64,000 nucleotides of DNA from Antedon mediterranea. Its lineage: Eukaryota > Animalia > Echinodermata. Of the stretch, positions 40,430-53,619 are shown one piece after another. A model generated the notes under the pieces. It was not told the origin of the DNA, did not search any database, and saw nothing but the letters and a program-made list of their open reading frames with translations. A program made the position numbers and the translations under genes. How positions within the stretch are numbered: the stretch's first letter is position 1; each line of letters starts with the position of its first letter. The DNA is taken from positions 26,223,648 to 26,287,647 of the forward strand of contig NC_092673.1 of the NCBI RefSeq assembly GCF_964355755.1, read 5' to 3'.

Positions 40430-40776
40430 TCTCATTTGAGGCTTAGGGAGTGGGGTTGAAAGAGTCGCAGAGTAATGTACAACCCTGGCACTAGGTCAGG
40501 ATTAAACCCCAGCACTAGGTCAGGATTGAACCCCGGCACTAGGTCAGGATTGAACCCCGGCACTAGGTCAGGATTGAACCCCGGCACTAGGTCAGGATTG
40601 AACCCCGGCACTAGGTCAGGATTGAACCCCGGCACTAGGTCAGGATTGAACCCCGGCACTAGGTCAGGATTGAACCCCGGCACTAGGTCAGGATTGAACC
40701 CCGGCACTAGGTCAGGATTGAACCCCGGACCTTGGGATTGGAAAGTCAAGCATGTTAACCACCAAAGCTCCACTAC
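40430..40776 (-). mobile_element. tRNA-derived SINE with internal tandem amplification of the B-box segment
   Basis: Flanks align with the copy at 897-1020; the interior holds 10 copies of a 24-bp unit. Confidence 0.8.
40481..40720. repeat. Tandem repeat, 10 x 24 bp AACCCCGGCACTAGGTCAGGATTG
   Basis: Units 3-10 identical, units 1-2 slightly variant; explains the repetitive ORFs 40432..40797 and 40475..40876. Confidence 0.97.
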
Positions 40777-41128
40777 ATCTCGTCGACCAGCATCCACTTG
40801 CCCCTATCATGCACTCTTTGCAGGTATACCCCAACAACACAATACTCATTATTACAAATCTAGCGCACAAATATGAATATTATTTTCAAATAAGCTTACA
40901 CAGTAATGAACTATGAACTATGGTTATGACCATCAGATATCTAAATTGGAAAGAACACATCACTACAAATGAGAGAATTGGAAATTAATTTTAACAGTTA
41001 GTATCTTAATCTTGTTAAATCTAACAGAATGAAGAATGTAGGTTGTTGATGTAATGTAATCAAAATGGTCATTGGAGTTTGGTTCATGACAAAACTATAT
41101 CCAGTACAAGCTATGATAATATAAGTAT

Positions 41129-41320
41129 AATAAGAGTTCCAACTCTTAAAATATTTCTTAATTTTGAGTTGCAAATTAATATTGGCTGTACATGTAACGC
41201 AAATATTTTTAACCAATCACACGCAATAAGAGTTCCAACTCTTAAAATATTTCTTAATTTTGAGTTCAAAATTAATCTTGGCTGTACACGTAACGCGAAT
41301 ATTTTTAACCAATCACACGC
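41129..41320. repeat. Tandem duplication, 2 x 96 bp
   Basis: Units start at 41129 and 41225; each begins with the small inverted repeat TAAGAGTT-CC-AACTCTTA. Confidence 0.92.
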
Positions 41321-43034
41321 TGCAGATTGAATGAACTGTCGCTTGTGATTGGCCAAATTACTTGTGCTATGCGTACATCCTTACACTGCATCCTAATAGG
41401 AACCAGGCTTAACTAAAGGCCCACTTTTTAATATATTCTCTCTCTTCTGAACGTTTTCCGTCTTCCGACATTACGCATTCCACAATTTTTTTAATATACA
41501 GTATAAGGCAATTTAATTCAAGATGCTCCTTCTAGGAACCTGCACAGAGACCTAAATCAGGAGTGAAGATTATATTTGTTGTAACAATTAAATTTAATAC
41601 AAATGTTTACAGTAACTATAAAATAAGGATTTCGTTCTTATTTCCTTTAAATCAACTTTTCAGGATATGCTAATACAGGAAATGGTAAATTGAGACAAGA
41701 CAAAAAAGGTGCAGTACTATCAATGAGTACCATCTAAGTAATAGGGTGTGCCGCACTAATTAACACAATACACAATTGTTACAATATAAATATACAGTAC
41801 AATCTAATACAGAGATCATATTATTGCATATTTTATAACCACTTAATTAAAATTCAATTTTTGAAAAAGGTTGCCTACTAAGGGAGGTACTAGAATAGTC
41901 CTAAAAACTAATGAATATAACTCCACAACATAAAATAATGATATAATAACATACAATAACATGTATATTGATTTCATTTTTTAATCATGATTTTAAAATA
42001 AAATCAATAATAAATAGCAATAATATATATTACTAGGTTACATAATATGAATTTATATACTCGTATTGTGAATATTATTAATATTATTTTTAATTTTAAC
42101 TTTGTACCATTTATATAATTGGTTTAAGATTAAGTAATCTCATAATTAGACAAAAACTAATTTATTGGTTTTTACAAAGGCAATTAATGAAAACAGAAAG
42201 TCATGACAAATATTCATTTCTTAATTGGATTTCAATAAGCAATAGTTAATTTAACAAATGTAGTTGTCGCCAAACATTTTCATACTAACAAAACACAATG
42301 TACATCCTAGTTTTTCCATTCACGCAACTTGCATTTAACTATAATTGCGTTAGTTTTCTTTCTTTCTTTATCCTACTATTAAATGTAACGGATTATTCAG
42401 AATATGTCGTTTTTTTTTAATACATTCCTGATAAGTTTAAATAAACGATATAAATTACAGCCATTGCCGATTTTAGTCACATTTAGTTCTTTAACAAAAA
42501 TATCATTTTGGGAATTATCTTGCTATATTACTCTTATCTGCGTTTGATAAATAGGGACCACGATTTAGAAAAGAGACACGAGAGAATGGAAATGACCACC
42601 TTGAGGTGGGGTGTCCTTAGTTTAATGGCCAGCGCTTTCTTTGCAAATGGTTCGCCAGTTTAGAACATTTCATTTTATTGCACTTCTTTAAATTATTATG
42701 GAACATTTAATTGGTATCTCAATAGACCTAAACTTTTAAAAGAATCGTAATCAAAGAAATGAACAGGAAGCGAACATCATGTAAAGAGAAATATTTACAT
42801 TTTTTCGCAATATTACAATTTTTTTAAATATTAAATGATTTTTGTTGTCAAGTATAGAGTGAATTTCACACAACCGAAATAAAAAATGTACTGAGAAACT
42901 GAACAAACTAATTTTATACTTGATTTTTTCCTCAATGCAAAATCCCAACAATTTATCTATCAACTGTAAATATCATCTCCAAAGACACACAACTACTTGT
43001 TTCTTTATTAAAAAATTACTAAAAACAAGACTAC

Positions 43035-43188
43035 ACTACTACACTATCAAACTAGCCCAAATATGGTAGTGATGTGCCCAAATACGGTAGTGATATGCCC
43101 CAATATGGTAGTGATATGACATCACAATGTCCATATATGGGCACATCATATTTTATTGTCATATAAAGTTTGATAGTGTATACAGAGC
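43035..43188. mobile_element. Same PIF/Harbinger-like MITE family, opposite orientation
   Basis: ctacactatcaaact ... agtttgatagtgtatacagagct termini with internal GCCCAAATATGGTAGTGATAT repeats. Confidence 0.75.
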
Positions 43189-45907
43189 TTTAGATTTGAT
43201 ATCGGAAATAAGGTTTCTAAACAAATTGTCAAATATTCTATGAATTGGATTAATTTATATTATAAACGAGAATTGTATATTTAGGATTTCGCTTGCAATT
43301 TATAATGTGATTTGTCATAATTATTCATAACCTTGATAAATATGCAACATAGATCTTGTCTGTACTTTCTATGTTTTAATATATTCACAAGTTCCAACCA
43401 AATTTATGTATACACTCTTTCAAATGAGAAAGTATATATGACTATGACTATGACTATGAATCTCAATAATTACGCATAGATTCAAATTAACTTTCTCTAT
43501 CTCAAGAAATACATAGAAAACAAATGCAGAAACTACATACATTTTAATCTAAATACAGTGTACTGTACGATACAAAATCGCAAATAAATTAACCATTATA
43601 CGCATTTTCTGTTAATTTTTTTTATAGATCGGGATGCTTTAATATTTTTCATAAACAATTTAGTGTTTTGAAAGTGAAATTAACAGATTTACCGGTAGAG
43701 TAAAGGTCAATGAAAGATTCTAAATGATTATTAAAGTTAAATAGCATACTGTAATCTTTGTTCAACAATTTCATGTTAAAAACTAGTAGTAAGTAAATAT
43801 ACATACAACGCATACAAATTATTGCTAGGTTTATTGTAAACATACAAAGTATACTAACGACGAGAATAATTTAATTCTGAGAAATTTGATATGCCTAATG
43901 CAGGGTTCACTGGTATTAAATATGTTTACATTATCGAGCATTGGTTCCGGTAACGCTGCGAGACGACCTATCGTTTCTGCTTTCATCGAGCATGATAGAT
44001 AATCAAATCTTATATTTTTCTGTAAGTATATGTGAAATATGAAACAGCAAAATTATTGGATCGCAGCATTTGCAGTGAATATGTCATGTATTGACGTATG
44101 TTATTGTGACTCATTTACCATACGCACCTAAACGACAGAATGAGTCACTCATGTACTCCTCATTTTATTTTTTTTATCTTTGAAAACTGCAAACAACAAT
44201 CATCTGTTATTTCCCAACTGGTATTCACGTGAGAAACTAATATGCTCAGAAACATAGACCAGCTGTTGCGTAGATAGACGACACGTATCCAAAACCAGTC
44301 ACCAAGTTACAGATAAAAACCTTAAGCAAAAAAATACCAATATAGGCTTACCCGTGGAACAGCTATAGGCTGGTGTACAGGTTGGTGATAAATGATAGGG
44401 TACTGTGAATATGGTATCATGACTAAGCCTGATGTATCCATCATCTCTTGTATAATCAAAATATATATATAAAAACTAGAGTTTAATATACTATATAAAC
44501 AATACTATATAAATATTGTTCTCCGCAGAAAATTCTTGAGCACCAGACGCGCGAGTACCACTTTCAAGCCACAGGCTAATGATTCATCTGAACCACACTC
44601 CAATGTCGTACTGTACAACGTACTTTATCCAAAAAACAAGAAAATCCTGTTTTATATCTGTAGTAGGCAATTGGACTTGAGTTGAGCCTCTTTCACGTAG
44701 TAGTAGCAGTCCGTCCAACAGCTTCACTTCACACAGGTCCAATAGGAATAACATGTGATAAACTCACAGTACTATAAATAAACCAGTCTAAGCGGCATTT
44801 GATTGGTCGATAGCCCCTACTACAGTCTGTACTAATTGCAAAAGCAAGCAAAATGCACAAGAGCTGTATCACTTGACTGAACATATTGTTCCTGGCACTA
44901 GCGGATTGGTGGAATGCTCAATAAGTGAAGCATTCAAAAGATCTGCACCTTTTCATATGTTAATTACAAAATAGTCATAAGCAACAACCTGTTGCCAAAA
45001 AAATTACTAATATCATAAAGGTATTATTTGCTTAACAAAGGACAAACTTCAACAAGCCAGATCTAAAAGCATGAGAAGAAGTCAGCTAACTAGTTTTCTA
45101 TGAAAATATAATAGATTCTAGGTTTCAGTTTCAACAATTGGTAGTTTCATTCAATATGATGAGCATTTTAGTGGGTTTTGGGTACATAAACAACATAGAT
45201 AAACTTTTATAAAATTAGTAATAATTTCCTCCAGGACTTTACTTTGTTGCTTTCTTTATTTTGGTTGAATAAATTAAAACTAATCTATAATGTAAAAAGT
45301 TAAAAAAAAATCAAATTCAGAGTGTTTTTTTCTCTATAATTTGTACTGTATAGTATACAAGGTATTTTCTAAAAAAAGGTTTTATTTTAATTTTTTTTTA
45401 TTTCAGTAGATCAATATAATAAATATCTAAACTGTGATTTAAAATATAGTTTAAACTGATAATATAAAATTTAATAGAATTTTGTAACAATAAAACAAAA
45501 ACTCCTTTTTTTTAAAGTGTTTAACTAATAACAGAAAGGATAGTCTAGAAAAAGATATCTCCTGTGCACTAGAATTATTTGCGTGTTGAGCAACTTTTCA
45601 CGTCTTAAACTCATTACTAAGAAAAAAGGTTACTTGTCAAGTGAAATATACGACAAGACTAAACACTCTATATTATTTTCCTATAAATATCAACCGATCG
45701 TTATGGCACTAATAAAATGCCGACAAGTCTTAAAAACTAGCATTATAATTGCGTTTCGGAAGTGGGTGAAAAATGATGTTACAAAGAAAAATAACAATTA
45801 TGAGGGTAACGCCGAGCATTACATTTTTTTTAAGGCAATTGAAATATAATGTTGCCAAGTTATATGGTACAGGTTCAAGTGTGCTTTGGTAATAAAAAAA
45901 AACAACT

Positions 45908-46235
45908 TTAAATATTATAAGTATTGTACAAAATGGAGGATAAAACTAAATATACATATACTGTACTACAGTAGTATAGACATGTAATTGTAAATAGATA
46001 AAAATGGATCAGAAAATAAAATTTTAAAAAAAATATTTAAATATGATAATTATTGTACTAAATGGAGGATAAAACTGAATATACATAGTATACTAGTACA
46101 GACGTGTAATTGTAAATGGATCAGAAAATAAAATTTTTAAAAAAATATTTAAATATGATAATTATTGTACTAAATGGAGGATAAAACTGAATATACATAG
46201 TATACTACAGTAATGGATCAGAATATAAAATTTAT
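45908..46235. repeat. AT-rich tandem repeat, ~3 copies of 112-129 bp
   Basis: tattgtac.aaatggaggataaaact and aatggatcagaa each recur three times. Confidence 0.88.
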
Positions 46236-49200
46236 TATTATAATTAAATGTACAAAATGTACAAAAGAATATATTATTATAGTACAGATGTAATTTTATT
46301 TGTAGTACATGTTCTAACGAGAAATGTCTTGCATTTATAAATAAATGAGTTAGCTTTCTCTTTTATTATGCAATGTTACAAATGAAAATGTTTAACATCA
46401 AGTTAGATTTTCACGCTATAGTAGTAATGTATTAATTCACATTCACACTGCAACATGGTCCAGCACTACATTATAATTCACACACTTTCGCAACATAATG
46501 TTAATTCTAAGAAAAATAATAAATTACAAAGCGGATGTTGTAATGTGTAATCTTCTGTTTTTAATACTATAAAAATCAATTTAAAATAATTGGAAAATAA
46601 ATTAATATATTAAATCGTAATTTTAGCATTTATGCGATTAATAATTTAGTGAGCCATTGCTTAAATAAAAAAAAAATTTTTGTTTTCATAATTTACATAT
46701 AAATACAGGCTGAACTAAACTAACATTTTAGAGCATAAATAATAATTAATTAGTTGATATCGCCCATAAGACGGGTTTCTTGACTTTGGCCTGAATATAC
46801 AGCCGACACCATCATTGAAAGTGCCCAAAAACGAGTGCCGCAAGTAACCTTCCCATGGAGAAGGTTCGGCACTATGACTATTATATATATATATATAGAT
46901 GTTAATCCTAAATTATATTACTGTACAGTATGCTAGAGAATTCCATTATTTCCTATTTCTCTATATTTTATCATCCACTCCCCTTTTTGTACAATAAGAC
47001 ATTGACCATATCTCTTTGGCTGATAACCCTCACAGGATCTAGGTATTACCAGGGGTTTGGCCAGTTTCCCTGCCTAACCCAATTTTCCTTGAAAACCAAC
47101 AGACAGGGAAATATTTTGTGTGGATTTAAAATCAATTTGTAAATAATTACGAAAATTAGAAATACATGTTTTAAACAAAGAAACTTGTGCACAATAATAA
47201 ATTTCGCATTCTAATGAAATATTCAACAATAAGATTCAGGTCAATTTGAGATAATAACAAATTATTAAATGTTATGAATTATAGATTTTAAGTAATTTCA
47301 CATATCTTCCATCTAGGTTTTGTGTTGTTTTTTCTTCTGTTCAATTTTTCATTGTAATAAATAATATACAGTAATTTAAATTAATCGAATATAATATTTG
47401 AAATCAAATTACTAGTAATCATGCTGTATATAATTACACTAAATTATTATGTGAAGATACGCTCTTTTTAACTGTAATTTATTGGAGTTGCGGTTCTAAA
47501 CTAAAAACATCATTTATTTTTTAAATGTAGTTAGCAATGGCCTGTTACATTTGAAACTAGGTAGCTACTGTACTAGCTAAGAAGAATATGATGGACAGGT
47601 AACTAATTGATAGAAAAGATCCCACAAATAAGTTCAGCAATCAATTTATTAATAAAATATATTATAACAATTTGTGTGGGTTATTTGTTATTAAAAAAAC
47701 CAATGTTCTACAGTAATTTATACAGACAATCTTGGCACGTGAAGATACTAATCACTACAAATAAATCCAATTAACGGTGCATATAACCATTTGAATAGGA
47801 TTTAAAGCAGAGGTATCTAAAAGACTTAACCACTAATGATACTTTAGTATCATTACAATTGTCTAAGTACAACCTGTTACCACCACAATGCCACTTGTGA
47901 TTCTAGTTTAGCCCCACCATTCAAAGTGTTAAACAAAGTCATTTCAATAGGCAACCATATGTGCATGGAGACAAAAGCCAAGCCAAATGTTTCCACATTA
48001 AAGCAGTCAGTATTTGTCTACCATGTGGGCTGTTTATTATCAGCCTACAAGTGCTCACATGTGGGCATGTTCTCAACAATCTAATTCAGAGATTTGCCTC
48101 GAGTCCGGTTCAATATCATACTGGCACCCTATTCAATCTCCGCTTTTGTCTAAATCCGAAGGTACAAGAAACTGATAATAACACGGTTAATACTCAAAGT
48201 TTGTTTTACCGAGTAACTCAAGACCACGTTTCGTTGGGAAGCGTTCCATATACATTTAGATATCTTTGTAAGAAGCTCTAATTACATCCTAATTCTATGT
48301 CACAGCTGACAACCCACGAGGCAGTTGTCATATTATTAATTAAATATTGGCTAACAATTGCAATTGAATAGCATGGCGACCTTCTGTAAACATGTAAGCG
48401 TGTGTGATTTAGTAAATAGCTATATAAACTGTATCAACTATAACACTATTTAGCCAATGGCTTAAAAGCCTTTCTTCTTAACCTATTTTCAATACATTAT
48501 ATATATACACGTCATATAGGCAATAAACTTATTTTGATTTATTCATCGCAGAAAATGAAAACCAAAAAGGTTACCGTAGCAATTAAAAAAAATCTAGACT
48601 ACGCATAGGTTCTACTATTGCTAAGAAATTCCAAGTATTGGTAATCAAAAGTATGATAATAGGATCTAAGACAGTAAAGCTGACCTGTAATGTAAATAAG
48701 TTTTAAAGATATCTTGCACACCTAAACAGTTTGTTCAATTCCACTCAGGCGTTTTTCTTTTAAAGTGAGCGAGTGTGATCACTCACCTAACACACTAACT
48801 GCCCTTGAGGAATGTGATTTACAACACGCTTAAATTTGGTAAACTTCTACACACCAAAATACAAACAGCACATCTACAGCACCCCTAAATGTATTGAGGA
48901 GCACACCTACAATTTAAAAAAGACAATGCATGTCCACTTTATATAATATTTATGCAAATTTATCCATGCAGGCATATACACTATATTTTAGTCATCAGAT
49001 CCACATTTATTTTGGTATTAAGCTAATCATAAATAAAAATTTACTGAATATCAGAACTAATTAAATAACCAAACATTTTGATAATTCTAATTTCTATTTA
49101 TTTTGCTTGATAATTATGTTTAATATGAAAGAAAAATCTCTAACGCGCGTTAAATTATTAATTCACCTTTTCAAACAGTGGAAACAGTTTACGGCATTAC

Positions 49201-50153
49201 TCTTTAACGATTAAAGATCACATTATTTTTGCGAAATACATTCCCAATTTCAGGCTAAAATGCAAATTCAATTCGTACTAAATTTCCTTTGGATAAAAAG
49301 CACTTACCATGTAGAATACCTTCGGAACTGCCACAAGGAACAAAGTTTTTTAAATTCATTTTTTATGCTATGAATACAGATAAACAAAATACAATTCCAA
49401 TTGCAAAAAAAATATGAGTTTGAAGTTAACAAATATAAAAAAAAAAACAATGATTGCTTTATAATTTAATAGTCTGTATTTTTTTTCTGCCGTTAGATAG
49501 TATATGATGCAATTTTGACATGCATTAATGCCTATATACTATTTCCGATATAAGCTTTCTGTTGTACAACAAAACTTATTTCACAATGAGCATCGAAAGG
49601 AGGCTGTTCACCATTTCATACTGAAGTAAATGACAAAGTCACGCAAACTTTAAGAAATAAATCAATTAGGTTAAAATTATATGAAAAAATCTTGAAATGG
49701 ATGTACACGTTTATATCAATTTGAGTTTGTTTAAGCTGATAATAATGTATACTATCCAGACAATAATGAAAAGAAAAGAAAGTTTGTTTACTTGTTGTGT
49801 ATCATGGGTAAAATAGTCAGTGTACACAACTGTTTAACAGGAGGCATAGTTAGATATCATGGCCGAGCACAAATCATTGCATATTAATATTAGGATCCAT
49901 TTTTTATCTTTTAGTTCACATATGTATGCAAATTTAATCCAATCAATATGCACCAGCTGTTGAAGTTACTTATCTTTAGCATTTCCTACCCATTCTACAC
50001 ATCCATAAACTGAACCATTTCATTTACGTTACATCATGGTATTATGAATATTTCTATTTATTATTATTTATATAAGCTCATGTATTTGAATAAAGAATTT
50101 TGTTAAATTTTGAGAGATAATGCACCAGAAAACCAAAATGCAATTGGTCGACC

Positions 50154-50236
50154 CAAAATGCAATTGGTTATCCCAAAATGCAATATTGGTCAGACCAAAA
50201 TGCAATAGTGGTCAGCCTAAAATGTAATTGGTCAGT
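50154..50236. repeat. Tandem repeat, ~4 x 20-22 bp CCAAAATGCAATTGGTC
   Basis: Directly visible degenerate copies. Confidence 0.85.
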
Positions 50237-52157
50237 CTATCTGCATGGATCTCTTTGTAAGAATGGGTGTGGACATTTAACACCTAAATTCATACAGTAA
50301 TAAATTAATAGAATAGTCATCAAAATGCAATATAAAATAAATTCTATAATAGGACTATAGAGGGTAGCATTCATTCTTTAAAAAAAACTTTGCACATTTG
50401 AACAGCTGTGGATGAGGAAACAATTAACGGTCAGCGTGTACGTGGTATTACTTATTAATTTTCACACGTGTGTTTACCAGGCAAGTTCATTGAACGTTTA
50501 AAAGACTGTTTAAAGACAGTCTTTATAGCCTCTGTAATCGGATATATTCAATTTTTTCCTAACTATGGTATTTGTGTAATGTTTTACCTATATTAAATTT
50601 AAAACAAATTTAAATGTAAATATTTCTACTGACATCTTTCAGACGTCAATTGTCTTAATGTCATGCCACTCAAACAAATGTTAAACGAGCTGTTTTGTGG
50701 TTAAAAAACGAGCATGGTTTGAATTATGGATTTGGAAATTACATTTGTTTGGACATTTTTTGCAGTAGCCAAAATAATTATAAAACAAAGACAAGTAGAG
50801 GCTTGAACCCAGATCCTAAAAAATTATCAGACAATCTACAAGACCACCAAGTTGATTACAATGACTAATAATATCCAACAGATTAGTACTAAAGAAAGCA
50901 GGCTAACTATCAAAATGGAAATTAACTAACATGTGAATGCAATAATTATAAAAATTATTAGACCAAAAAGTTGCTAACATTTTTGCATATATTATAACAT
51001 AGCCTCGATACACTATTACAGTACCTCATTGATAACCTGATAATTAACGATGCACATCATATTGAATGAGTATTATTTATTACTCATTTAGGTAAACTTG
51101 CACAGAATTTAATTTATTTAGACCCATTAGAAATAAGTCTTGCATACAATACTGTAATATCAACATATGGGTCATTCTGATATTTTGGATTTGGAATAAA
51201 GTCAATCGGACACAAACACCAAACAAAAATTATCTCAAAATATCCATTCAAACAAATAAACGAAGTATAATCATTGGTCAGTTTTATTTTAATACGATTG
51301 TGATAACTGATTTGTGTGGAGTTTGTTCTATTCATTCTATTTTAGGTAATGATCAGAAATAAATGACAATTTTTTTAATAGAATATTTTTCATATCATTT
51401 CTATTCGAAATAATTTAGGAATAGAATAATAAACACTACATAAAGTATGCATAAATAGTAGAATAAGAAAACATTAGGAATGACAAAGATATTTGCTTTA
51501 TACAATGCTATGCTACGCAAGTACCTAATGATCTGCGATATGCTTCACACCTCAACTACAAGCGTATACAAAAAAACTCATTTATCTACTATTTTATCCA
51601 AAGCAAACAAAGTCGTCTCTAAACCTACAAGTCAATACGAGACCAAGTTGTACAGTATCTTACGACGAAGGAGTCACACAATGACATCGACGGTCCCGCG
51701 GGACAAAGCTTTAGCGAACTTGATCCCTTCTCGAAAGGAGGCACATGTTCTCTCTGGTGGATTACATGCGTTATTCACGCATTGATACATGTATTTTTAC
51801 ATTCATTGCTTTGATTAAGATTATTACTACGTTACTTGTCTATAAAGGTGAAGTATGAAGCAAGCAGAGTTAGACTGACATTGAGAATGATCCATAACAT
51901 CCTATTTCACATAATTATGTATGTGCATCGTAATGTATTTAATAGTGCATTTGAATTAACATTTTGAAAAACCATATTATAGTACAGTTAAAGACAAAAC
52001 AGCAAAATACTACAGAATTAAAGTTATATTCTTAGCTATATCAACTATTATGTTGTCTAAATTAGTAAATATACTAATGACTAGTTAAATAGTAATTTAT
52101 TAGTGCCTAGTCGTTGAGTCATAAGGTTATTTATTGGAATAGCATAAGAATGGCAAG

Positions 52158-52419
52158 ATATACAGAATAAACTGTAGTTTAAATAAGTTTATGCTTTCAG
52201 AATATTAGTATTAATAATTACATTATATTATTCTACACACATATTACTTTAAGTTTAAACAAATTTATGTACCTTAAAGTTATACACTATATATACAGAA
52301 TAAACTGTAGTTTAAATAAGTTTATGCTTACAGAATATTAGTATTAATAATTACATTATATTATTCTACACACATATTACTTTAAGTTTAAAAAAATATA
52401 TTTATCTTAAAGTTATACA
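52158..52419. repeat. Tandem duplication, 2 x 133 bp
   Basis: Units start at 52158 and 52291 and are near identical. Confidence 0.92.
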
Positions 52420-53619
52420 TTATTAATAAATATTTAATTTAATTCATTTGAAATTTAGGTAATTTTACCATCCTAGACCTACTTCAAAAGTGGGTTAACT
52501 GAATCTATCCGCATTTATCATTTCCCTTTAAATAAGACAATTTGTGTTTAAAGCCTACATTTAGATAGAAGTGTGTTATCGAATGAACCCAATAGATACA
52601 GTACTTTATTATTTAACATAGTAATCAAATAAGGTTATATTGATATATATGTCGACAGGTATTTATCGGTACAAATGCAACTTGCATTGTTTTACATTGA
52701 ATTTAAATATTTAATACCTACTGTAGTTGGAACTGATAAAATGGTCAAGTGGATAGCCTACCGTCAATTTGCAATGTGTATAATGCAACAAAAGGAATTT
52801 AGTTTACATAATACCGGCAAAATTAAATAGATCACAAATAAAGCATTCTAAAACCCCTTTTAATGCCATTTACTGTACATGATTAGATACAAGTAACAAG
52901 GAATTGACATTAGGTTCGGTATGCATATCGTTCAATATCGATATCTCTGAAATCAAAAACAATATTTCAACACATGCATTTAATATATTCAAATCTATTT
53001 TAACATTATTTTAATCTGCCACGATGATCATGGTAGATTTGATTTCTACAAGACAACCAATTACTTTTTCTTAGGTGCATATAAACATATATTAAAATTT
53101 ACATACTCTAAATCAAAAACATGTAAAAAATAATAAAATACCTGGTATACTGGTTGCCACATCTGCATATTTTAAATGTATTTATGAGCTTATGTTATAA
53201 CTGATAACATACAAAACCAGGAGAACAAGAAGTGAACTACTAATAACAGAAAGCTGGCGAATACAGTACAACTACCACATTACAAATGTACACAGGCAGA
53301 TTACTATAGAGGTACTGACAAGGTACTGATGGCTACAAGCTATCGATAAATTCAGGTTCTTCCAAGAATAAAATCAAACGCATAATGATCAAAAGTAAAT
53401 TCAATATGATGGGGTCAATTGCATTGAAAAGGTGAAGCGCTTCTGCATGAACTTTGGACGCAGTTTTTACACTAGTTTATTTTACGAGATAAAAAGGAAC
53501 TGTTCATCATAATTCTATTTATAGATTGTTAAATGTTACTTTTCAATATTTCTAATTCTATTTATTAAAATGACATAAATAGCAATAGAAACAATGTGTA
53601 CACATGAGCACATGTACTA

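Noticed and set aside
40481-40720. CRISPR-like array
   Set aside because: Repeats are contiguous with no unique spacers, no cas genes are present, and the context is a eukaryotic intron.
40432-40876. Longest ORFs in the track (121 and 133 aa)
   Set aside because: Artefacts of the stop-free 24-bp tandem repeat inside a SINE.
41079-41356. Two overlapping ORFs with internally repeated peptides
   Set aside because: Produced by the 96-bp tandem duplication.
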